64,000 nt of DNA from Tubulanus polymorphus (lineage: Eukaryota; Animalia; Nemertea), in contig NC_134028.1 in the NCBI RefSeq assembly GCF_964204645.1, forward strand, positions 6,634,001-6,698,000, read 5' to 3'. Within the stretch, counting starts at the first letter, position 1. Every line of letters begins with the position of its first letter. This document shows positions 53,701 to 64,000 of this stretch, one piece after another. Position numbers and translations under genes: made by a program. The notes beneath the pieces are model-generated. The model searched no databases and was not told the origin of the DNA. It saw only the letters and a list, made by a program, of their open reading frames with translations.

Positions 53701-55458
53701 TTTAGTTCACATGATATAAGCGCCTAAATTCAGGGGAAATTCTGATTATGGCTCATAAGCCAGTATCTTAGCTACGCATTGAAGTGGTTTTCGCCCAAAA
53801 TACCCGACCTAACCTTTGGAATAATCAAACCTTAGAAGGTAGGGGTATCCCAGCGCAGGTATGCCGGTACATCCGAGCCGATAATATCGAAGGGAATCCC
53901 CAACTGTGTTTGGTACCGTAACTCCAAGCAAAGAAGTCCAGGGAATCCCTTATCTCATTGTCAATCTGTCTCTCAGGACAAATGGATTTCATTTCATTCA
54001 TATAACCAAAATTCGTTACCTATCCCATTTGCCGAATTATGACAACATATATCAGGGACCTCTTCTACACTTTTTGGGTTCCGGTCCTATGCATCTTCAA
54101 GCTACAAACCTTATTGTAATCCGATGCCAGACCGAGTTTCGAACAGTTCGAAAAATTTGATCCCGAATTATTGCGAATTTGGAACTGCGTGATGCGGTGT
54201 CTTAACTAAGTCCATCACTGATTTCTACACGGCACCGGGGTGTAGAGACGCGCCGAACGGGTTAACAATAGTTGTTCGAAATTCCTACGAGCAATTACAA
54301 ATGCTTTAGGATATTCGGACATTGAAAGCATCGGCGGACGATGTAACGATCAGATGTACCCACCTGGAGATATAACATCACCGTTATTCGAGGGACAATT
54401 TCATCTGCAATGCTAATCATACCGCTAAAGGGCTTGGCTATTCAATTTAGGCTCCGCTGTTACGCCGAGGCTGAAATCGGTACTCTTGATTGCCGAGTTA
54501 AAATGTCCCCGACCGCACTGCGAATTTATTGGGGAATATAACTGGCGTTGTAAAGTTTTTTTTATGTTTGCTAATGCCTTTAAAACTTCCGTGAATATTA
54601 TTAAAGTTATTTTATGCTCGCGAAAGGCTTTAAAACTTGCCCGTTATCGATGTCTTTTAATAAAACTCGTAAACAACTTTTAACGCCGCCTCTTAGTCGA
54701 AGTAATTGTCGGCTACAGACACGAAGGCTCGAAATTTATTTTATTTTATTCGCGAGACTTAAATGGAATCATCGGAGAGACTGAGCGAATGGGTTCGAAT
54801 AGACTTAGCGGGTTATATTGGCTTGCCCGTAATTTAGAAAAGATCTTATCGATTCGAATTCAAAACGAGAAAACTAACTCGAAAGTTTTATCGGTGCCTC
54901 GAAAAATGACACTTATATGATCTAATGTTATCGACAATGAATAATATAATATAGATTGTATGATATTGAGGGTCAATAAAGTTATTTTGGATTTTAATGT
55001 ATCGATATTTGAATTGAATTGACTGGCAACCAGTCTATAATTCTATATTTTATTATTCTTTGTCGACGATGCGTTTTTTAAGGCGTTGATAAACTTTCAA
55101 ATCAGTTTTCTTGTTATTAGTTCTCTTGGGTTGCTATGAATTATCTCCGAATTTGAACATCCTAAAGCGACAATGCCGCCCAGAAATACGACTAGATATC
55201 TCCTGTTCGAATTCATGCGCGAATTTTAGAGGCTTTATGGAAATAAAGATTTTTCTCTGGCGTGTAAACGTTTTATGCGCGAGAGAAACGTCGATTGTGA
55301 TTGGTCGATTCGTCTGAGACGACAGCGTTTACTAATATAGCAACAGCGGTTACAGTCAGTCAGTCAGTCAGTCGATCGGTGAATGTGCATAGAACAGTCT
55401 CTTGTCAATCCGTCAACCATCTAACTGTAACGACAACAACCACTGGCGAGTGAGCGGC

Positions 55459-55521
55459 ATGGATTTGGATTTTAGGAAACAGTTTCCGATGGAACTACCC
55501 GACGACTGGAAACCACCGGAG
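55459..55521 (+). CDS. candidate internal alternative first exon of PKA-RI (MDLDFRKQFPMELPDDWKPPE)
   Basis: GGCATGG start, donor GAG|GTAATC, phase 0 in frame with VVPKDYKT exon; ATTGG (CCAAT) box at ~55300 and TCAGT initiator-like repeats upstream. Confidence 0.65.
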
Positions 55522-58519
55522 GTAATCTGTTGAATAGATGCGTGATTGATATTTTGTTGTAGTTGTAAAATTGATTTTGATTTCGTACATTCAGCTTATA
55601 GCAGCGGTACCGTGGAAATCAGGAATACCTTTTCAACAAAAAAAAGTATTTTACAGTTTTGAAATATTTGGGAACTCGAGATAGATTTAGCCTACCTCGA
55701 ATCTGGGAAATATTTGGGAAATTTTTTCAACGCTTCACGTAGCATCGTTCGCGGATGTCGATTGCTTGCCAGCGCGTGACTGCGATTTTTCTTGAAAATC
55801 ACTTTATCGACCAGTCACCATTATCCCTGTAGTGTGATGGTACATTCACTTTCGTGAATGCCCCAAAACTTGGGAATATTGAATTCGTGTTGCTGTGGAA
55901 ACAACGTAGTGGTAATTCAATGTTCCCACGGGTTTTGGAAAGTATTTTTACGAAGTCTTGAAAAGTTTTGCAAAATGGCAACTTTTCTTCCAAACCCTTG
56001 AAAAGATATGGAAATTTTGTTTTATTCTCTGTGGCTAGTGGAAAAGGTATGGAAAATCAGACAATGGTCACAAAATGAAATTTTGAATTATAGGCTATAT
56101 GCCCAATTACCAGGTATATGTTGTTCGTAGACTTAAAGTGGTCAGTGCCTTATTCGATGATGTAGGTCATTTTTCAGCATTTCACGTAGTATAGCTTAAG
56201 CTTTGATGTTGCGGAGGCATCAACAGTTTTGCGTAGACTGGAAACAATGGTCTTAACGAATTTAAATCTGGTTCTCGTCGTGGTCGTCATCGCGCGAAAT
56301 CAGGTTTAGCATATTTTTTTTCCCCACCGTACATTTATGCGGTAGACGACAATACCGCGTCTGACGTCCTCTACTTTATGATTCTGCGCGTCCTTTGGTC
56401 GTGTTTTCTCTCGCGAGCTTAATCCTTCCGGTTTTCTTAGAAAGTCCGTGGACCGTCTTCCATTGTCTCCTTTAGATGATCACGTATCTATTGTCTATTT
56501 CGAGCTAGGCGAATTTTTTTTTCATCCGGGTCGGGGAACGTTTAATTGTTATTTGTAATTAGCGAATACGATTTCGGTGGATTAGTATTTAACACTCATT
56601 AATCAAAACCCGTTGACTGCGGAGAAACCTTGTTAAAACTTCCCGCGCCTTACGCTGTTGTACGCCTCGCTGTCATCTTTGCGGTCATTTAAAGCTAATG
56701 TTTTTCTTGATATTGAAAGCCACAAGCAATCTGTTCGCTTCGAAACTAACCGACCTTATGGAGTGATCTTCGCATACCGGTATATATTGCCGAATGCACA
56801 GCTGCCAACTGTTCTTGATTATCAGTATTTGTTACTCTTTTTTTTAACGAGAAATACCGATTTGATTTGTTTGATGCATACAGAAAATTATAATATGGAA
56901 GATCTTACTGAGGGTCTTACCCATTACTGATTAATTTCATCATTTTCTGTCATATTTCAATGAAAAATTAAATTTTTTTGTGATATCATGTTTCAGAGGT
57001 AAAGCAGCCCTGGTCTTCGCACGTATATTGCCATTGTTATTTAGGTTTGACGATTCATCCATCATTTCAGTACCCACGGCCTTGTTTAATTCATCGAGAT
57101 TAACTTTAAGCTTCGAGTTTATCAGGCAGTTGGAAGAAGAAACCGATTCAAACCTGGCAGAACTCTTTTGTCTACGGTTTAAAGTAATTAAACGGGCCCG
57201 CCCCATTCTTCTATGAAAATGCAGCTAATTCTTTCAAAATGTCGGCTAGTATGGACATCAGCGCCGATTTGACTCCGATCTTTACGACCATGTCGTAAAC
57301 GTTATTCGTATTTCAAATCTTGACGAGTTTCGACTTTTTCGATACCTAATAGATCAGATGATCGACGCGGCAACGTTTGGTTTATCTCTCCTCCGAGGAC
57401 CGCGTTATTAGATTCGCCGATGACCGAAAACTTGTTATCCGTTGTAAATGATTTAGGCCGGCTCGTGTGTTAATAATGATGAATGGCCGATAAGTGAGCG
57501 CGAAAAGGGGGCGAAATTCCCCTCAAACCCCCCATCGCCCCCCCCCCTCCGCATGTTTCGATGTTCTGAATATTTTGTCTGACTCGTTCCGACGGAACGG
57601 CAAAATGGTAAACAAATGAACCTGGCTCTCTCGTCTTCTTAGCGACTAGTTTTGTTGTTTTATGCGTAATCGTGATTTATGAATAGTCTGACAAATGGAA
57701 TCAGGGGTTCCGGTAATCCCTATAAACGCATACGCGCATCCGGACTCGTTTTTGGATTAATCACCCGATGATGGCTCGGGCGTCGAGGGCGGCGAGCGTC
57801 TGACTGGAGGTTTATCGACGAGAATAAACCGGACCGACGCGGGATCACGTAATGTTTATAGTCGTAATCTAGCGGCGGGCGCCGCATCATTAGACTGCTC
57901 TGAATTACAGTGTAATTTAGTGAATTTAGAAGAAATTTTGTGCGTTGACACGAAACATGAAGAGTACACCACTTTACCATATACAGCCATACTCGCGGTA
58001 AAAAAACTGCATATCCGTTTCGTTGATATTTCTCTCGTGGTATCTGAGCTGTCTGAGCCATTGACAAGGACAGTTTATCGACATACTAGATAAGCTGATC
58101 TAAAGGTGTTCACGATTCAGAAAAATTCATAGCTTGGCCACTTCCATCTTCCCATGACAGTGATTTTGACCCTGTTGGCATTGTGACACTCAGCCACATG
58201 AAAACTTGCCGTGCCAATCAAATTGCCTGTAGTATTATCTCCGAGACAAATTTTAGGGATAACTATAAATGGAAAAACCCAGGTTAAGATAAAACAGGAA
58301 ATCTGATTGGCTAATAATGACATCATCTAAGCTGTCCATGTATGCAGCTGCGCAACCGGTCTAGTCTTAATGCCACCGTGTTTGAATCCCTGCCACCGTG
58401 TTTGAATCCCTGCCAATGGAGGATGGGCCATGTAGATGGAGATTCTAGTTGTTAATTTTCAGCGGTCACGAAATACGTTTTTATTAGCAATAATCTTATT
58501 CGCTTATTTTATGTTTCAG

Positions 58520-58611
58520 GTTGTGCCAAAAGACTATAAAACCATGGCAGCATTATCGAAGGCCATCGCCAAAAATGTACTTTTCGCTCATTTAGATGAT
58601 AATGAGAGAAG
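58520..58611 (+). CDS. PRKAR1: PKA type I regulatory subunit exon (start of cAMP-binding domain A)
   Basis: TTTCAG|GTT...AG|GTAAGG; [30 protein letters not shown]; gene continues beyond the window. Confidence 0.96.
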
Positions 58612-59809
58612 GTAAGGGAAGAATGAATGTCTGGATGATCAAAAGATCAATTTGTTGAAGGTGATTCAATAGTTCTTAGGCCGCCATCACACGGAGATGA
58701 TTTGGTCTGGGCACAAATTGGGTCCGATTCAAATTTGGCCAGTGCTAATTAGAGTTCAGATAGATCATGCACTCAAAACTAAACAATCATTTCAGGAACC
58801 AGTTGCAATTCACGCACAGTAATTTGACCCGTGCTAGAATTCGGCTCGGGCCTTGTCAGACATCTTCGGTTGGGCCAAACAGGCACGAGCCCATTTGTGA
58901 ACAGTTGTTCCAGGCCTAATTTGGCAAAGGCCAAAAAGCCTGGTCCTGTAGTGGGAAGTTGACCTCAACTGCTGTTAGACCTAGAAGGAGTTCATTTTGC
59001 GATCAGTTATCTCAGAGTTACCTCTAACTATGTATCCATCCATGTTAAGCTGAGGCAACTCCGGATCCAATTTTGACTGACCTATCACACCCTAAAAGGG
59101 CACTTTAATGTCCAAAAAGGCGATATTAAATACTGATACTAAAATGCACTGATTATCTTTGTTGACAAAATGAAAAGGGCACTAAAAATATTTGATGCAC
59201 TCGTACAAGTTTCATAAGTGCCCGTGGATCTGCTGCTGTTTAGCCCGATGCTGGAGATGAGTTAAATCGAGCATTGGTGATGTAGCACGAGTGAGGTTCC
59301 CCATCGCAATCTGCTCGATCGATACAATTTTATTACGATTCATTGAATACCGGATTGAAATTCTTCAGTAAGTTTAATTCGTATTAGTTTAGTGTGTAGT
59401 TTAATTGACTGTGTTGGTGTTTTTGCGGATACGTTGTCATCCGCACGCGTTGAAAGGTTATATCGTGCCCACGGCGAAAACCAGTCACTCCTCTCGCGTG
59501 CCCTTTACTTCGGTACGCGCAGTAGAAGGTCGATCTTTGCCCTGAGTTAAGGAAAAAGTTATTTTCATTTGTGTGTGGATGGATTTAGTAGATGATTAAA
59601 TTTTCTAATAAGCTCTCGGGCGGGCTTATACGCGATTTTTATGTGGTATTGTATTCATCGATGAATCCCACTACTTGGGGTATCATGAAGCGGCTGACTC
59701 GAAAACAATGGCCGTTAACAAACCGGGTGGAAATCAGGCAAAAGTCGGGGTGATTAATAAATTTTGAAAAAGTCGGAGAATAGACCACACTCAAACGTGG
59801 TGAACGGAT

Positions 59810-59991
59810 AATAAGATAAAATCCCACTATTTACAGATTAAAAGGATTTCAAAACAAGAATTTATTCAGGTGTGACGATGATCTCTAGGGTGAGATCGAA
59901 ACGTCGTGTCTTTTAAATATTTTAGATTTAATAAATAAATTCTTGTTTTTAAATCCTTTTTATCTGTAAATAGTGGGATTTTATCTTATTA
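59810..59991. mobile_element. inverted-arm repeat with central hammerhead-like motif (Penelope-like pLTR remnant)
   Basis: ~57-bp arms TAATAAGATAAAATCCCACTATTTACAGAT... / ...ATCTGTAAATAGTGGGATTTTATCTTATTA; centre TGACGA-T-GATCTC(TAGGGT)GAGATC-GAAAC. Confidence 0.55.
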
Positions 59992-61900
59992 AGTCGGAGA
60001 ATTTTGTACATTTTGTCCAAAAGCTAAAAATCAGGGAAATTTGCTAGATCGTGTATAGAATCATAGTTACCGTTTACGTGTTACATATTTGATTGTGTTA
60101 ATTGATTGGATTCTTAGCAGGTCGAGTCAAGTCAGGCAAAAACGATGTAGGGGAATAGTCAGAAAATTTGATTTCTTTGAAAAAAGTCAGTAAATTTTGT
60201 TGAGAAAAAGCTTAAGATCAGGGAAAAGTCGGGGAAGTTTGATTGAGATGCTATGATCGCGTGTAAAATCATACAGTTTCCAACTATGTCTTTGCTAGAA
60301 ATTCAATCGATTGACGCAGTCAAATACGTAAGCATCTTATGTATTTGACTGTGTTAATTGATTGAATTTTTAGCAGATCAAATCAAGGAAAACAATGAGA
60401 GAAATGCCACAATAAATTCAGCCAAAACGAGAAACTTGAATAAAAGAGTATATATATTGCACAATGTTTCGGCTAAAGACTATTAGCCATCATCGGGCGT
60501 ACTGAGAACAGGAGAATATTACAAGATATTTATTCAAAGCCAAAACAATAGAAACTGAGTGAGTGATTAAAATGTTGCGAGGGGAATAGATTTGATATTT
60601 GATTGGGAATAGATATTGTGTATCTTCTCGTCTCAAGGAAAACAACGTGCATGTTAAGGAATAGTCAGGGAATACGCGAGTTGCCACTGTGATAAATGCT
60701 CATAATCTAAATCCCCTTGCGCATTCGATGATATAAGAAGAAATTTGAATTTTCTATCGAGATATCGTTGCCTATATCTGAGTGAATATCGCTTTTGTTT
60801 CTGATTTAAGGCGTGTGTTTATCCCGCCAGGTAATGATGTCGCTATGAATTATTTTCCGAGGCCCGCGGTAATAGAATAGAAGCGCTATCTGACTGCTGT
60901 AAGGTGCTGCGACCGCGCGAGGGGCAATGATAGTATTATCACAGCGTCTTTTGACTTGTAAATTTTTTTTGCTTTTTCGAAATGTCAATCGTTATAATTA
61001 TTCATTTTCGCCTCGTCGCCAAGTCAAGACTGCCGGCTTCACGCGGTTTACGCGAGAAATTTCCATATGAATTCGATCGTAATCATGAGTTTCTTGCGTC
61101 GTTGGTTGGAAAATGATCAGTCACCGAATGCAGTCGTGCAAGAATGGTTGCTTTTTCGAGCCCCTGATATTTGAATTTTATTAGTTTTTTTTTCATTTGG
61201 CACCAATGTGAATAGTTGTTCCGGTTTTGATGGACAAAATGCGACTGGTGTAGAAAGACAAAAGCCGCCAATTGGGTGCCAATTGGGCCCTAGGCTTTTT
61301 GGGGCGGGCCAAATTTGGCCCAACCAAAAACATCAGACCAGGCCGGAGCTAAATATTAGCACAAGACAAATGAGTATCGAGTGGTTTACGTGTGACCCGG
61401 GCCAAATCATTGTCGTTTGATCGCGGCTTTGATCTTCAATGGAAATTATTAAAATCTCAACTATGAAAACAAATGTTCCGTTCTCAATAATGTCACATCT
61501 CTCCCTCTCTCTCCTCTCTTCTCTCTCTTGTCGATGTCTCTCCTCCGTACGCATTCGAAACACAGCTGCCTACTTGAACTCGATTGTCGGATTCTATATT
61601 AGGTTAACAAGCTTCGAATTTTTACTTCAAAGAATCGTCGTCGCCCGTAGTAATTGCGGATTCACCGCCGCCACGTGGAGCCGAGTCGCAAATTATTATC
61701 GGTTATACGTTTAACAGCGTTGTCACAGCCTGCAGTTATACGTGTAGATATATTACAGTTTGAGTCGGTCACCGAGTTCAACTCAGATAAACCACCATGA
61801 TCGGGCGAGCAGTCTGACCAGACCTGTGCCAAATTTCAGCGCATGTCAAGTCATGCTTGCTGGTTCCGGGAGGAAGAAGTGAATCGCTTGCTTAGTTTAA

Positions 61901-62191
61901 CCCTTTCAGTGCGTCTACACCGCAGTGCGATGTATGAATCAGTGATGTATTTTGCTAGTACACCGCACTGCGGTGTATTGATGTAATTAGTAATTAGTTT
62001 TTATCTGTATTGAAAGATGGCAGCACCGGTCAAACACAGTGAAATATTAGTAACTAGCGCCACACCGCGCCACAGTGAGGAGGCACTATAGTGTTATTCC
62101 CATTATTCAACACACTAGGGTGGAATTTTTTTTTTCAATTTTCAAATTATCTCCAGTACTATAGGGTATTGATTAGTCAGCACTGAAAGGG
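61901..62191. mobile_element. piggyBac-like MITE inserted in a Harbinger-like MITE
   Basis: TTAA|CCCTTTCAGTGC ... GCACTGAAAGGG|TTAA. Confidence 0.85.
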
Positions 62192-63167
62192 TTAAGCATT
62201 GTTTAGGCATCGAGTGACTGGTTTACGGGCGAACGCCCTCTCTAATTAGGCAAGGGCCAAATTTGACATTTCAACTGAACTAAACGAGTTCGTTTCGCGG
62301 GGAACAAGAAACATTGTTTCGATTGCTGTATGCGAGTAGCTAAACAAGAAACATCAATACACAAAAACCAATCATTAAAGAGCGTACTCTGATCAATTAG
62401 CTACTTTTCACTTGAGGAGCTGTTTGTTCAGTATGTTTCTTGTTTTCCTGTACGCAATCGCAACGCATAAACACAAAATGTGTTTCCATCATCAAGTTTT
62501 TACTCGCTGTGCATACTACGCGTTGGTCTATTTTAGAAAAAAGTATTGGTGAGACGGGAACCTTTACACGGGATTATGTCTAAATTTACCACATTATCCA
62601 TGTTTATCGTTGCTGTTACCATGGTAATTAGCTCGTTAGGTTACAGACAAGCCGGACTTCGTCTCGTGTGTAAGAAAAAATTGTTTTTTGAATCGATTAT
62701 ATTTTCATATAAATCTTTCGAGCGTAAAAACCGAATTCGGAGACGATTTCCTGAAACCTGATACGAAGCAAAAATATGGCAATGAGCCATTTATTCGGGG
62801 CGCTCTAGAAAAAGGTCCGTCGGTGTTTACAGTATCATCGTCTGCCGAACGCCCGGAACAAACTGACGATCATATTTCTTATCAGATGATAAACATTAGC
62901 CGGGGATAAGGACCTTACGGTCGTAAATAATGGAGATAAACACCGATCCCTCGCGGTTCCTCCTCAATCCTCCTCGGCGACCATGAAATGAAATTATTTC
63001 GTTACCGAATAGAATTGATTTTTGTTTGAATTCATAGATTAGTTTTAAACTGAATGTGTCGTAAACGAAAAAAGAGTCCGTTTATTTTTGTCTGGGATCG
63101 ATTTTTTTTAAGGATATTTCGCTTAATCTTTTGAACGTATACCTCAAAGTTATCATAATACGACCAA

Positions 63168-63396
63168 TGAAACTGTGCCGTCTGAATAAACCATTGTTTT
63201 TATATCGATTTAGCAAAGTATTGAAGAATTGCCTAAAAGTCTCTTCAACTCATTTGAATTGGGGAAAAGAAACTGATCTGAAAACGGCTGATCTTTTTTC
63301 TCGGATTCAAATGAGTTAAAACAGACTTTTTAGCAATCTTCAAAACATTAGAAAATGAATATAAAAACGATGGTTTATTCAGACTGCACAGTTTCA
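63168..63396. mobile_element. small fold-back element
   Basis: GAAACTGTGCCGTCTGAATAAACCATTGTTTTTATAT ... ATATAAAAACGATGGTTTATTCAGACTGCACAGTTTC. Confidence 0.65.
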
Positions 63397-64000
63397 CCGG
63401 TCGTATTAAGGCCAATTAGAGGTATGCGATCAAAAAATTAAGCGAATTATCCCCCCCCCCTCCCCAAAAAAAAAAGAATGGATCACAGTCAAAAATGAAT
63501 AGACTTTTAGTATTTAAGTAGTTGGTAGTTACCATTCCAACAATAAACCGAAGTTGGCACCACAACTGACTAAATGATACCTCCCTTAAGACCGAAGCTT
63601 GACTAGTTTCATGACCTGAGCTTTAGACGTTGTCCCTAGAATACTCGACACCTTATAACGATTTTTATCTTCTTAAGAATAAATTTAATAAAGCGGCCTG
63701 TCACTGATTTGACGTGCTGCTGCGACGGTGCCAGCGATATTATTGCGAAATGCTTTCAAATCCCTCGTTGACCGTACGTCGATCGAGATCCTGAGAGAGA
63801 AATGAGTTTTTCATCGGTTCAATCGCCGATAAACAAATGTCCAGACGTTTTTTATTACCGCTTTCAGAAACCGAGGAATGTTTTTTTTTTTTTTGAAAAA
63901 CAAGATCGGCCAACAAATAAAAAACCCCGACAACCTGGGCGAAGTTAGTCGACTATTTGCAAACTAGATGAAAACTGAATGTCGGTTAGACTATAAACCA

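Noticed and set aside
29000-64000. Remaining 60-130 aa ORFs in the track
   Set aside because: No recognisable motifs; they overlap MITEs or intron sequence and fit chance ORFs

Overview
AT-rich, intron-rich animal genomic DNA (bilaterian invertebrate by style; species not determinable from sequence). The dominant feature is a 25.4-kb DNA transposon (3477-28870). It is bounded by 139-bp terminal inverted repeats (5'-CACCCGATAC...GTATCGGGTG-3') and a 7-bp target-site duplication ACGTTGC. It carries three co-oriented, spliced, minus-strand genes that I assembled by hand from GT-AG junctions: (i) an apparently intact 17-exon KDZ (Kyakuja-Dileera-Zisupton) DDE transposase with a CxC cysteine domain (~888 aa); (ii) a C2H2 zinc-finger protein; (iii) a chromatin protein combining an HDX-like homeodomain, a degenerate HMG box, a GTF2I-like (TFII-I) repeat and a chromodomain (~461 aa). 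The element also holds a 15 x 189-bp satellite with internal hairpins, two inverted Helentron-associated (HINE/DINE-1-like) elements with tandem CTCF-like motifs that bracket the cargo genes, and several nested MITEs. The right 35 kb is mostly intron of a + strand PKA type I regulatory subunit gene (two conserved exons plus candidate alternative first exons), filled with MITEs, SINE-like pieces and microsatellites. Domain calls are from recognised motifs, not from HMM searches.
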